A stretch of 64,000 nt of DNA from a bacterium (GTDB lineage: Bacteria; UBA10199; 2-02-FULL-44-16; JAAZCA01): positions 96,001 through 160,000 of the forward strand of contig CAXXGI010000003.1 of the NCBI GenBank assembly GCA_963674695.2, in the 5' to 3' direction. This document shows positions 19,855-29,520 of this stretch, piece after piece. Each line of letters opens with the position of its first letter. Position 1 is the stretch's first letter. The notes beneath the pieces were generated by a model, which worked only from the letters and a program-made list of their open reading frames with translations, was not told where the DNA came from and ran no database searches. The position numbers and the translations under genes are program-made.

Positions 19855-20316
19855 ATGAGCAGCCGCAGACGACAGGCGCGTGAGTGCGCCCTCCAAATGC
19901 TCTACCAGATCGAGCTCGCCGGCGATCCGATCGAACAGGTGGTGGCTCGCTATTGGGAGGCGAACGATGTGACCGAAGAGGTCCATCGTTTTGCCGAAGC
20001 ATTGGCGGTCGGGGTGAACCAGAACGGCGCGGCCCTCGATGAGATGATTATGCGTTTTTCCACCAACTGGAAACTCTCCCGCATGGCCGCGGTCGATCGC
20101 AACATCCTCCGACTGGCGGTCTACGAGTTGGTTCATTGCGACGACATTCCAGCAAAGGTGACGATCAATGAGGCGGTGGAGATCGCCAAGCGCTTCGGCA
20201 CGATCGAGAGCGGCTCGTTCGTCAACGGCATCCTCGACAACGTCGCACGCGCGACATCAGCGTCGGAGCCGAAAACAGAAGCAGGGTCCGAGCCGAAGGA
20301 GGAGGACGCCTCATGA
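19855..20316 (+). CDS. nusB: Transcription antitermination factor NusB
   Basis: RRQARECALQMLYQ, DRNILRLA, INEAVEIAKRFG, FVNGILD. Confidence 0.96.
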   Translation: MSSRRRQARECALQMLYQIELAGDPIEQVVARYWEANDVTEEVHRFAEALAVGVNQNGAALDEMIMRFSTNWKLSRMAAVDRNILRLAVYELVHCDDIPAKVTINEAVEIAKRFGTIESGSFVNGILDNVARATSASEPKTEAGSEPKEEDAS

Positions 20317-21188
20317 CACAAACGCGTCGCATCATCGTGGCCACATCGGCTGGTTTCTGTTGGGGTGTTCAACGCGCCTTCGACAAGGTGCTCGAGGTAG
20401 CGCGCCAGAGTCCGGCCGATGCGCCGGTCTACACCTATGGGCCGCTCATCCATAATCCGCAGGCGGTGCACATGCTCGAGCAGCAGGGGATCGCTGTCTT
20501 GGATGAGATCCCGAATCGGATCGAGGGGACGGTCGCCATTCGCACGCACGGCGTGCCGCCATCAGACCGCAAGCGTCTGGAGGCCAGCGGCGCAAAACTC
20601 TGCGACGCTACCTGTCCCGACGTGGGGATCATCCAGGGCCGCGTGCGCAAGCACCTTCGCCTGGGCTACTTCATCATCATTATCGGCAACCGCGAACACC
20701 CCGAGGTGAAGGCGCTTCTGGGATTTGCAGAAAAAAATGGCGCGTGCGTCAACACCTCCGAGGAGGTGGCTGCTCTCCCCGCGGACCTCGCGCAGGTCTG
20801 CGTGGTCTCCCAGAGCACGCAGCAGCGTCAGAAGTTCGAGGAGCTGGTGGCGCTCATCCGCAAACGCTATGAGCAGTGCGTGGTCTTCAACACGATCTGT
20901 AGCTCCACCGAGAAACGACAGGAAGAGGTACGCGAGCTGGCGGGTACGGTGGATGCCATGGTCGTGGTGGGGGGGCGCAACAGTTCGAACACCAATCGCC
21001 TGGCCGAGATTTCGCGTGGAATCGGCACGCCCACCTTTCACGTCGAGAGCGACGAAGAGATTGCGCCGGATGATTTTGCGGCGGCCGAAACCATCGGGGT
21101 CACGGCGGGAGCGTCGACGCCCAAGTGGGTGATCGAACGCGTCGTGCAGAAACTCGAATCGTTCGGCAGTATTGGCACCGTTTCCTAA
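20313..21188 (+). CDS. ispH: 4-hydroxy-3-methylbut-2-enyl diphosphate reductase
   Basis: AGFCWGV, IHN, DATCP, HPEV, NTIC, SSNT, TAGASTP. Confidence 0.96.
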   Translation: MTQTRRIIVATSAGFCWGVQRAFDKVLEVARQSPADAPVYTYGPLIHNPQAVHMLEQQGIAVLDEIPNRIEGTVAIRTHGVPPSDRKRLEASGAKLCDATCPDVGIIQGRVRKHLRLGYFIIIIGNREHPEVKALLGFAEKNGACVNTSEEVAALPADLAQVCVVSQSTQQRQKFEELVALIRKRYEQCVVFNTICSSTEKRQEEVRELAGTVDAMVVVGGRNSSNTNRLAEISRGIGTPTFHVESDEEIAPDDFAAAETIGVTAGASTPKWVIERVVQKLESFGSIGTVS

Positions 21189-21194
21189 ACGCGT

Positions 21195-21320
21195 CAGACT
21201 GCTGACACAGTCATCTTGCGCTGTCATTCCCGCAGGGGTAAGCGGGAATCTCGATTGTAGCAGTACATCGAGATCCCCGCGTTCGCGGGGATGACAAAAA
21301 CGCAGGTTTTTCAGCAATCT
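21195..21320. mobile_element. MITE-like element related to 14273-14393, carrying a REP doublet
   Basis: CAGACTGCTGACACA ... TTTTTCAGCAATCT ends; REP 21222-21296. Confidence 0.65.
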
Positions 21321-21375
21321 CGCGAGCTTTCGTAGATGTGTCTCTTTTCCTTCCCCCAAAGCCAAGGAGGTGCGC

Positions 21376-22743
21376 ATGGCTTCCCTCGATCGAAAGTTAT
21401 TTGGCACCGACGGCGTGCGTGGAATCGCCAACCGCTATCCGATGGAGGCGGTCACCGCTCTTCGTCTGGGACAGGCCGTGGCGGCGATCACCCGCGATGT
21501 GGATGGGCTCGATCGCATCGTTGTCGGAAAGGATACCCGGCGTTCCGGCTATGTCATCGAGTCGGCACTCGTGGCGGGCATCTGTTCGATGGGCGTGGAT
21601 GCCATGTTGGTGGGGCCTCTGCCCAGCCCCGGCATCGCCTTTATCGCTCACAGTATGCGCGCCAAGGCCGGCGTGATGGTCAGCGCCTCGCACAATCCCG
21701 TCGAATACAACGGCATCAAATTCTTCGACAACCTGGGGTTTAAATTTCCTGACGAGATCGAGGGACGGATGGAGGCGCTCGTCTTCGGCAACGAACTGGA
21801 CGCCATGCGTCCCGGGCCGGAGGCGGTGGGGAAGGCCTTTCGCATCGACGATGCGGGGGGGCGGTACATTCAATATCTCAAGGGGACCTTTTCGCAACAC
21901 CTGTCGCTCGAAGGGATGCGCATCGTCGTCGACTGCGCGCACGGATCGGGATATCGCACCGCGCCGACGGTCTTGACCGAATTGGGGGCGCAGGTGGTGA
22001 CGATGGGGGATGCGCCCAACGGACTCAATATCAACGATGGCTGTGGAGCCCTCCATCCCGAGCGTATGGCTCGGCGTGTGGTCGAATGTGGCGCCGACGT
22101 GGGCATCGCGCTCGATGGCGATGCCGATCGCGTGATCATGTGCGACGAGAAGGGCGAGGTGATCGACGGCGATGGCATCCTTGCCATCTGCGCCACGCAC
22201 CTGCACGCCAAGAAGCAGCTGGCCAAGAATGCGGTGGTGGGGACCAAGATGAGCAACATGGGGTTGGAGACCACACTCGCCGAGCGCGGCATCAGCCTGA
22301 TTCGCACCGATGTCGGTGATCGCTATGTCATGGAACTGATGCGGCGCGAGCAGCTCAACCTGGGCGGAGAGACCAGCGGGCATATCATCTTTCTGCACCA
22401 CACGACATCGGGCGATGGGACGCTGGCAGCACTGCGCGTGCTTTCCATCATGTGCCAGCAGGGGCGAGCGCTCTCCGAGGTCGGTCGCGTCTTCACGCCC
22501 TTTCCGCAGGTGATCCGAAACGTTCGCGTCTGCGAGAAACGACCCGTCGAGAAGATGACGGCGGTCGTGCGCGAGATGGCGCGTGCCGAGGAACAGCTCG
22601 GGACGCGAGGCCGCCTGCTGGTGCGGTATTCCGGAACGGAAAATATCGCCCGCGTCATGGTCGAAGGTCCCGACCAGGATCGCATCGACGAACTTGCGGA
22701 TGCCATCGCCGATGCCATCGCTGTCGACATCGGCATGCGGTGA
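21376..22743 (+). CDS. glmM: Phosphoglucosamine mutase
   Basis: LFGTDGVRG, VGKDTRRSGY, SASHNP, DGDADR, VGDRYV, VRYSGTE. Confidence 0.97.
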   Translation: MASLDRKLFGTDGVRGIANRYPMEAVTALRLGQAVAAITRDVDGLDRIVVGKDTRRSGYVIESALVAGICSMGVDAMLVGPLPSPGIAFIAHSMRAKAGVMVSASHNPVEYNGIKFFDNLGFKFPDEIEGRMEALVFGNELDAMRPGPEAVGKAFRIDDAGGRYIQYLKGTFSQHLSLEGMRIVVDCAHGSGYRTAPTVLTELGAQVVTMGDAPNGLNINDGCGALHPERMARRVVECGADVGIALDGDADRVIMCDEKGEVIDGDGILAICATHLHAKKQLAKNAVVGTKMSNMGLETTLAERGISLIRTDVGDRYVMELMRREQLNLGGETSGHIIFLHHTTSGDGTLAALRVLSIMCQQGRALSEVGRVFTPFPQVIRNVRVCEKRPVEKMTAVVREMARAEEQLGTRGRLLVRYSGTENIARVMVEGPDQDRIDELADAIADAIAVDIGMR

Positions 22744-23010
22744 AGAGCATCGGTAGTTCCTCCTGAAGCAAGGCTTTCCCCCTTTCCCTCGCGGTGACGC
22801 ATCGAGAGATCTCTCGATGTCCCCACAAGTAAAATACTGGAATAGAAAGTAAATCGCTCGAGTACTTATAGTTTTGGCGTTTTAGCATTGACGCGCTGCA
22901 TCGTTGGGCGTACCAAAAAAGAAGAAGAAAGGCGTTCATCCCACCGGGTTCAGGAGGCATATCGAAACGAACAGAAGGGGCAGTCCTGAAAAAGAAGAGC
23001 TTTCTCACGT

Positions 23011-23844
23011 ATGCACGCAGCCATGCTGCAGAAGGGGGGCTTTCAGATGCTATCAGGATGTGGAGAAAAGGAAGTTCGTCTCAACACCGTCTCGTTGCGC
23101 ACGCCCTTTGATGTTCCCTTGAAGTTTCCCTCCTCGACGGGGGCACCCCCTCGAAGTATTCCCGATACCATCGATGCAAAGAGCCGATATTGCCTTGTGC
23201 CGGCCCAGGGGTTGAAGCTGGGTTTTGAGCTCAGCACCGACTGTCATCGCCGTCTGTCCCTCAACGCCTACAGCCGCCTGTTTCCGGATTCCTCTCCCTC
23301 CGTTTCGCGATATGCCTTCGGCGAAAAATTTTTTCCGACTCCTTGTTGTCTTCCACAGAGGCCGGAAACAATGGCCATTAGCAACCATGCGTATTGGCGG
23401 TTCGGATTCGGGTACTGGAAGCCATTCCTGAACGGGGCGATGTTGACCCTTCGAAGAGGCGATGTGGCGTTGCATTCGTTTCCCCAGGCATCGCAATTGG
23501 CACTGCCCATCGTGTGGCAGAACGCCGGCGGGGCGAGCGTTGTCGGGCTTGGAAAACCTCTCGTGTTGAAACCGCCGCCTCCGAGTTGGAGTGTTTCTCC
23601 GGCGCTGTTTGCCGAGCAGCGCGACGATCGTCTTCTTCCAGGGCAAGGGCCAGGCTCGTGCACGAGCGGTCTGGAGGGAGGATTGAGCATCGACGGTTGG
23701 CTCAATTCGGGTTCTTCAGCATCTCAGGTGCGTCTCTATGGAGGCGTGGGGGTCGAACAGTCTCGACAGCAGACCCTCATCATGCCGGCAAAAAAAGAAG
23801 AGACCGGCGTTCGCGGGACCTTCGGATTCGAGATCAAGTTTTAG
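23011..23844 (+). CDS. Hypothetical protein, possibly outer-membrane beta-strand protein
   Basis: 277-aa ORF ending GVRGTFGFEIKF (resembles a beta-signal); start uncertain. Confidence 0.5.
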   Translation: MHAAMLQKGGFQMLSGCGEKEVRLNTVSLRTPFDVPLKFPSSTGAPPRSIPDTIDAKSRYCLVPAQGLKLGFELSTDCHRRLSLNAYSRLFPDSSPSVSRYAFGEKFFPTPCCLPQRPETMAISNHAYWRFGFGYWKPFLNGAMLTLRRGDVALHSFPQASQLALPIVWQNAGGASVVGLGKPLVLKPPPPSWSVSPALFAEQRDDRLLPGQGPGSCTSGLEGGLSIDGWLNSGSSASQVRLYGGVGVEQSRQQTLIMPAKKEETGVRGTFGFEIKF

Positions 23845-23864
23845 CAATACGGAGATGTGGCTGA

Positions 23865-23894
23865 TTGACAGCCATCCTCCGTTTCGCATAAGGT
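23865..23894 (+). promoter_or_regulatory. Putative sigma70 promoter of ffh
   Basis: TTGACA-N18-TAAGGT, followed by hairpin GCGGGCCTC-TTTTAC-GAGGCCCGC abutting the ATG. Confidence 0.4.
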
Positions 23895-23918
23895 GCGGGC
23901 CTCTTTTACGAGGCCCGC

Positions 23919-25259
23919 ATGTTTATTCAGCTTACAGAAACCTTTCGCAAGGCCATCGACAAGATCTCCGGAAAGGGGAAGCTGTCGGAGGCCGATGTCA
24001 AAGCCGCCGCGCGCGAGATTCGCTTGGCGCTGTTGGGCGCCGATGTCCACTTCGCCGTCGTGAAGGATTTCGTCGACGGCGTGGCCGCGCGTGCGGTCGG
24101 ACAGGACGTGCTCGATTCCATCCATCCCGCGCAGCAGTTCACCAAGATCGTGCATGACGAACTGGTGCGCGTCCTGGGCGGCACCGTTACGCCCTTCGAT
24201 TTTGCGGCCAAACCGCCGCTCATCCTGCTCATCGTGGGCCTTCAGGGGAGCGGCAAGACCACGACCGCTGCGCGTTTTGCGCTGCAGTGCAAGAAGCTGG
24301 GGCGCCGTCCCTACCTCGTTCCGGCCGACGTCCATCGGCCCGCGGCCATCGATCAGCTCAAACAGCTCGCCCGCCAGGCCGAGGTCGATTGTTGGGACAC
24401 CACCATCGGAGACAAGGCCGTCAAGGTCGCCAAGGCGGGGGTGAAGCAGGCGACGAAGAATGGATACGATACGATCATCATCGATACCGCGGGACGTTTG
24501 CATATCGATGCGGAGATGATGGATGAGGTTCGGGCCATTTCGAAAAAGGTTGAACCGCAGCGCATCCTCTATGTCGCCGATGCCATGACCGGTCAGGATG
24601 CGGTCCGTGCGGCGAAGGCCTTCGATGAGGCGCTGGCTATCACGGGCGTGGCGCTGACCAAGTGCGATGGCGATGCGCGTGGCGGTGCGGCGCTCTCCGT
24701 GCGTGCGGTGACGGGAAAGCCCATCCTCTTCGTCGGCACGGGCGAGGGCTTGGACGATCTCGAACCCTTTCATCCCGATCGCATGGCTTCGCGCATCCTG
24801 GGCAAGGGGGATGTTGTCACCCTCGTCGAGCAGGTCGCGACGAAGGTCGAGGCCGGTGAGGCCGAGGCGATGGGGAAAGCCATGGCCAGCGGCTCCTTCA
24901 CTCTGGAGGACTTTCTCAAGCAGCTCAAGATGGTGCGGCGCTTAGGCCCCCTCGACCGCATGCTGGGCATGATGCCGGGCATGGGGGATATGGCGCGCGA
25001 CATCGATCCGGATCAGATGCGGCATATGCTCTCCCACAAGGAGGCCATCGTGCTGTCCATGACGCGCCAGGAACGCTCCAACCCCAAGATTTTAAACGGT
25101 TCCCGCCGGAAGCGGATCGCCTTCGGGGCCGGGGTGGCGGTCTCCGACGTCAATCGTTTCCTGAAGGAATTCAGTACGATGGAGCAGATGCTGCGCAAGA
25201 TGCGCGGCGGCGGCATGCGAAAACTGTTTAAAGGCTTGACTCAAAAAGGATTTTCCTGA
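23919..25259 (+). CDS. ffh: Signal recognition particle protein
   Basis: GLQGSGKTT, DTAGR, DAMTGQDA, DGDARGGAALS, FHPDRMASRILG, Met-rich M domain. Confidence 0.97.
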   Translation: MFIQLTETFRKAIDKISGKGKLSEADVKAAAREIRLALLGADVHFAVVKDFVDGVAARAVGQDVLDSIHPAQQFTKIVHDELVRVLGGTVTPFDFAAKPPLILLIVGLQGSGKTTTAARFALQCKKLGRRPYLVPADVHRPAAIDQLKQLARQAEVDCWDTTIGDKAVKVAKAGVKQATKNGYDTIIIDTAGRLHIDAEMMDEVRAISKKVEPQRILYVADAMTGQDAVRAAKAFDEALAITGVALTKCDGDARGGAALSVRAVTGKPILFVGTGEGLDDLEPFHPDRMASRILGKGDVVTLVEQVATKVEAGEAEAMGKAMASGSFTLEDFLKQLKMVRRLGPLDRMLGMMPGMGDMARDIDPDQMRHMLSHKEAIVLSMTRQERSNPKILNGSRRKRIAFGAGVAVSDVNRFLKEFSTMEQMLRKMRGGGMRKLFKGLTQKGFS

Positions 25260-25319
25260 TAGGACGCTGCGCTCGTCAATCATGTCCCCCGGCAGACGGG
25301 GGGCGTCTGTGGAGGCTAT

Positions 25320-25553
25320 ATGGCAGTGAGAATTCGGTTATCCCGGTCCGGAAAGACGCATGCACCGTTCTACCATGTGGTGGCGGCTGACATGCACATG
25401 CCGCGCGACGGGCGCTTTCTGGAGATCCTCGGGACCTACGATCCGCGCAACAAAGAGCAGCGCTTCACCGGCAAGAAGGAACGCATCGAGTACTGGCTGG
25501 GCAAGGGTGCGCGTCCAACCGAGACCGTTGCGAAGCTGTTGCGGACGCTCTAG
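25320..25553 (+). CDS. rpsP: 30S ribosomal protein S16
   Basis: [32 protein letters not shown]. Confidence 0.97.
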   Translation: MAVRIRLSRSGKTHAPFYHVVAADMHMPRDGRFLEILGTYDPRNKEQRFTGKKERIEYWLGKGARPTETVAKLLRTL

Positions 25554-25575
25554 TTTTTCATCACCAGGAGGAGCC

Positions 25576-25821
25576 ATGGCAGGCGAACCCATGCAGCAGC
25601 TGATCGAGGTGATGGCGAAGGCGTTGGTGGACAATCCTGACGAGGTCGAGGTGGTCGAGGTAGAGGGCGAGGTGACCAACGTCATCGAGTTGCGCGTGGC
25701 CAAAGACGACCTGGGGAAGGTGATCGGAAAACAGGGGCGCACCGCACGTGCGCTGCGCACGATCCTCTCGGCAGCCTCCACTAAATTGCGCAAGCGTTCT
25801 GTCCTCGAGATTGTGGAGTAG
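25576..25821 (+). CDS. khpA: KH domain RNA-binding protein (KhpA/YlqC)
   Basis: [26 protein letters not shown]; between rpsP and rimM. Confidence 0.93.
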   Translation: MAGEPMQQLIEVMAKALVDNPDEVEVVEVEGEVTNVIELRVAKDDLGKVIGKQGRTARALRTILSAASTKLRKRSVLEIVE

Positions 25822-25826
25822 TAAAC

Positions 25827-26375
25827 GTGGAAGAACCCAAGGAGCAGCAGACGAAGTGGATCGAGAGTGGGCGCATTGGACGTGCCCTGGGGCTTCGCGG
25901 TGAAAATATCGTCTATTGGAATAACGACGTGCCGCCGGTCGAAGTGAACGATGAAATTTTTGTCGCAACCGATTTGAACGCAGAACCTGAACCGTATCGA
26001 ATAGCGGCCTTGCGCAAGCAAGGCCGTTTGCATGTGGTGCGCTTCGAGGGCATCGACGATCGCGAGGCCGCTGAGGGGATGAAGAACCGCCATCTCTTCC
26101 GTAGTGCCGATGAGTTGCCCGCCCTTGCCGAGAATGAGTACTACAGCTATCAGATCCTGGGACTCGCGGTCGTCACGCGCGAGGGGCGACGGTTGGGCGA
26201 GATCGTGCGCATCTTTACCGCGGGCGAAAACGACGTCTATGAAGTGCGCCCCGAGGGAGCGAAGAAGGGTTCGGAAGTCCTCGTCCCCGCCATCGCCGAT
26301 GTTATTGACCGCATCGACCTGAACGCAGGTGAAGTCATCATCAACCCCCTGCCGGGAATGATTGAAGAACCCTAA
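25827..26375 (+). CDS. rimM: Ribosome maturation factor RimM
   Basis: GRIGRALGLRGE, GIDDRE, EYYSYQILG, NDVYEV, VLVPAI; synteny. Confidence 0.92.
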   Translation: MEEPKEQQTKWIESGRIGRALGLRGENIVYWNNDVPPVEVNDEIFVATDLNAEPEPYRIAALRKQGRLHVVRFEGIDDREAAEGMKNRHLFRSADELPALAENEYYSYQILGLAVVTREGRRLGEIVRIFTAGENDVYEVRPEGAKKGSEVLVPAIADVIDRIDLNAGEVIINPLPGMIEEP

Positions 26376-26425
26376 TGGACCTTTCCCCGGGAGGCGCCGG
26401 AGCTCTTGCGCTGCGATAGAACGTT

Positions 26426-27184
26426 ATGAGAATCGACATCGTCACCATCTTTCCGAGTTTTTTTGATTCGCCGCTTTCTGAGACGATCATCAAGCGTGCG
26501 CGCCAGAAGGGGTGTGTCTCCTTTCATTGTCACGACATTCGCGACCAGACCCACGACAAACACCGCTCGGTCGACGACACCCCCTACGGCGGTGGTGCGG
26601 GCATGGTGATGCGGCCGGGTCCCATCACCGAGGCGGTCGAGGCCGTCCCGCGTCAGGGTCGGTGCGTGCGCATCCTGCTCACACCGCAGGGAGAATCCTT
26701 TTCGCAGCCGATCGCGCGCGATCTGGCCGAATGTGATCAGCTCATCCTGACCTGCGGAAGGTACGAAGGGATCGATGAACGCGCGCGAGGGTTTGTCGCC
26801 GATCGCGAGATCTCCGTGGGCGACTACGTCCTCTCCGGCGGTGAGATCGCTGCCATCGTCGTCATCGATGCGGTGGTACGCCTGCTGCCCGGTGTGCTGG
26901 GAAATGAGGAGAGCATCGCGCACGAGTCGTTTGAGACGGGACTTCTGGAGTATCCGCAGTATACGCGCCCCGAGATCTTTCGCGGGGAAGGGGTGCCGAC
27001 GGTGCTCACCGGCGGACACCATGCCGAGATCGAGCGCTGGCGTCGAGGACAGGCCCTGCTCCGCACCCGGGAACGACGCCCGGATCTCTTTGATAAGATT
27101 GAACTTTCTGACGACGACCGGATGCTCTTGGCGGAGATATCTGCCGGGTCGCCCCCAAAGGGCGCCAGCGAGGGAAGTGATTGA
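26426..27184 (+). CDS. trmD: tRNA (guanine37-N1)-methyltransferase
   Basis: [41 protein letters not shown]. Confidence 0.97.
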   Translation: MRIDIVTIFPSFFDSPLSETIIKRARQKGCVSFHCHDIRDQTHDKHRSVDDTPYGGGAGMVMRPGPITEAVEAVPRQGRCVRILLTPQGESFSQPIARDLAECDQLILTCGRYEGIDERARGFVADREISVGDYVLSGGEIAAIVVIDAVVRLLPGVLGNEESIAHESFETGLLEYPQYTRPEIFRGEGVPTVLTGGHHAEIERWRRGQALLRTRERRPDLFDKIELSDDDRMLLAEISAGSPPKGASEGSD

Positions 27185-27258
27185 CAATATGAGGGAAAGC
27201 CGATAAAGACCCCCGGCTTTTCGCTGTTTTGGCCCTGTCTGCAAGGAGTGTATGTATT

Positions 27259-27693
27259 ATGACCATCATCGATACCATTGAGAACGAACAGCTGCGCAAG
27301 GGATTGCCCGAGTTTCGCTCGGGAGACACCGTGCGCGTTCATTGCAAAATCCGCGAAGGCGAGAAAGAGCGCATTCAGATCTTCGAAGGCGTTTGCATTC
27401 GTCGCAAGCGTGGTGGCGTGCGCGCGACCTTTACGGTGCTCAAGCGTTCCTTCGGCGTCGGCGTCGAGCGCGTCTTCCCGATGCATTCGCCCGAGGTCGA
27501 TCGCATCGAGGTGGTCAGCCGGGGCAAGGTGCGTCGTTCGCGTCTCTACTATCTGCGCGACCTCACCGGTAAGGCCGCTCGCATCAAGGGTCGCCAGTGG
27601 AAGGGATTGGCCAGTAAGGGAGAGGCTGATGGGAGAGACGAAGCCCCGGCGAAAAAGGATGCGTCAGCCGACGTTGCCACTCCTGCCGAGTGA
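27259..27693 (+). CDS. rplS: 50S ribosomal protein L19
   Basis: [36 protein letters not shown]. Confidence 0.97.
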   Translation: MTIIDTIENEQLRKGLPEFRSGDTVRVHCKIREGEKERIQIFEGVCIRRKRGGVRATFTVLKRSFGVGVERVFPMHSPEVDRIEVVSRGKVRRSRLYYLRDLTGKAARIKGRQWKGLASKGEADGRDEAPAKKDASADVATPAE

Positions 27694-28285
27694 TGGTCCC
27701 TTTTTGTTTGAACGCGCGCTCCGTGTCGACGGCGCCCAGCATGTTGCAGGGCTCGACGAAGCGGGGCGCGGTTGTTTGGCCGGTCCGGTCGTAGCGGCGG
27801 CCGTCATCCTTCCCGATCCCATTCCCATCGACGGCATCAACGATTCCAAGAAACTCAGCCCCCGTAAACGCGAAGAGCTCTTCACGCAGATCTGCGTGCA
27901 TGCGGTGGCCTGGTCGACGGGCCTGGTCGATTCGGTCGAAATCGATCGCATCAATATCCTCGAAGCAGCGCTCAAGGCGATGCGCCTCGCCGTCGATGAC
28001 CTCCCCGTTCAACCCGATCATCTCCTCATCGATGGACCCCACGGTATCGATGCGCCTATTGCCCAAACCGCACTCATCCAGGGCGATTCACGCTCCGTGA
28101 GCATCGCCGCCGCTTCGATCATCGCCAAGGTGACGCGCGATCGCATGATGGTGGCATTCGAGCGCGACTATCCCGCCTTTCGGTTCTCCGCGCACAAGGG
28201 GTATGGCACGGCGGCCCACCTGGCCGAGATCCGCACGCATGGCCCCACGCCGATCCACCGGATGACGTTTCGCGGAGTGCGGTAG
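27659..28285 (+). CDS. rnhB: Ribonuclease HII
   Basis: [46 protein letters not shown]; start approximate. Confidence 0.95.
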   Translation: MRQPTLPLLPSDGPFLFERALRVDGAQHVAGLDEAGRGCLAGPVVAAAVILPDPIPIDGINDSKKLSPRKREELFTQICVHAVAWSTGLVDSVEIDRINILEAALKAMRLAVDDLPVQPDHLLIDGPHGIDAPIAQTALIQGDSRSVSIAAASIIAKVTRDRMMVAFERDYPAFRFSAHKGYGTAAHLAEIRTHGPTPIHRMTFRGVR

Positions 28286-28286
28286 G

Positions 28287-28546
28287 GCCAGTCAGGCGAG
28301 ACAGGCCAGTCAAGCCAGTCAAGCCAGTCAAGCCAGTCAGGTTGACAACATTAGGGCGTGTCCTCATTTGGTAAGGTGTCATTCCCGCGAAAGCGGGAAT
28401 CTCGCTTATTATAACGATAAATCGAGATCCCCGCTTTCGCGGGGATGACAAAAACAAATAATTCTTCGTTTCAAAGAGTTATGATCTTATGAGGACACGC
28501 CCTAATCAAAATCGTTCGCCTGACTCGCCTGACTCGCCTGACTGGC
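28287..28546. repeat. Second copy of the inverted 9-mer element, interrupted by a MITE
   Basis: GCCAGTCAGGCGAG / CTCGCCTGACTGGC perfect 14-bp IR; internal landmarks GGTTGACA and AATCGT shared with 12485-12693. Confidence 0.85.
28354..28502. mobile_element. MITE with perfect 14-bp TIR GGGCGTGTCCTCAT (IS5-like ends) containing a REP doublet
   Basis: TIRs 28354-28367 / 28489-28502 flanked by TTA / TAA; REP 28377-28450. Confidence 0.75.
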
Positions 28547-28602
28547 AATTTTCTTGAACTCTGTACAGTTGCGCGATAGCTCTATCGACAGAGGGGGTTG
28601 CC

Positions 28603-29448
28603 ATGCCGAAGAAAACGACCTTTCACTCCGCCGAGATCGTGGCCGATGCGAGCGGACGCCAATATCACATCGGGTGTGCGCCGGGAGAGGTCGCGCCCAA
28701 CATCCTGCTCTGCGGCGATCCCAAACGCGCGCACCGCGTCGCCTCGTATTTCACGAAAACAAAAGCGCCGATCACCAGCCGCGAGTACGTGATGATCACC
28801 GGCGTCTATAACGGACTGCCCATGACCGTCATGGCCACGGGGATGGGGCCCGACAACACCGAGATCGCGGTCGTGGAACTCTCGCAGATCGTGAAGGACC
28901 CCACCTTCATTCGTATCGGCTCTTCCGGGGCGCTCAAGAAGGGGATCGAGTTGGGCGATCTGGTCGTCTCCACCGGTGCGGTGCGTCTCGAGAACACCTC
29001 CACGCAGTTTGTCGTCGAGGGGTTTCCGGCCGTGGCACATCATGAGGTGGTGCTGGCCCTGCTCGAAGCGGCGCGGGCCAAGGGGTTTCGGTATCATCAG
29101 GGGATCACCGCGACGGCACCGGGATTCTATGGGGCGCAGGGACGCACGGTTCCGGGGTTTCCGCCGCGCGTCTCCGATATTCCCGATCAGCTCGACCGGA
29201 TGAACGTCTCCAATATGGAGATGGAGAGCTCCTGCCTCTTCACACTCGCCACGCTTTCCAACGCGCGCGCGGGTGCGGTCTGTGCGATCTATGCCAATCG
29301 CCACAAGAATAAATTCATCGACACGAAGACCAAGGATGCGGCTGAGCGTCGCTGCATCGAGACGGGGCTCACCGCCTTCGAGGTGCTCGCCCTCATGGAT
29401 CGCGCACGCGGCCGAGAAAAGGGCTGGATTCCGTCGATGGGATTGTAA
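28603..29448 (+). CDS. udp: Nucleoside (uridine) phosphorylase
   Basis: YHI, CGDPKRA, REY, TGMGPDN, IRIGSSGAL, FYGAQGR, NMEMESS; adjacent to CNT transporter. Confidence 0.88.
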   Translation: MPKKTTFHSAEIVADASGRQYHIGCAPGEVAPNILLCGDPKRAHRVASYFTKTKAPITSREYVMITGVYNGLPMTVMATGMGPDNTEIAVVELSQIVKDPTFIRIGSSGALKKGIELGDLVVSTGAVRLENTSTQFVVEGFPAVAHHEVVLALLEAARAKGFRYHQGITATAPGFYGAQGRTVPGFPPRVSDIPDQLDRMNVSNMEMESSCLFTLATLSNARAGAVCAIYANRHKNKFIDTKTKDAAERRCIETGLTAFEVLALMDRARGREKGWIPSMGL

Positions 29449-29520
29449 AACCTTGTCCGTCGGTTCGTCGGTTTTTACCATCGAACGATCGGACCATCGA
29501 ACATCTGTTACGGAGAACAC

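Noticed and set aside
22800-22819. Perfect 20-bp palindrome CATCGAGAGATCTCTCGATG as an operator
   Set aside because: Single copy resembling the inner arms of the REP family; probably a collapsed repeat remnant
27181-27206. GCCGATAA upstream of rplS as another regulon promoter
   Set aside because: No CAACTTTT box; preceded by TTGACA, so more likely a sigma70 promoter or chance match
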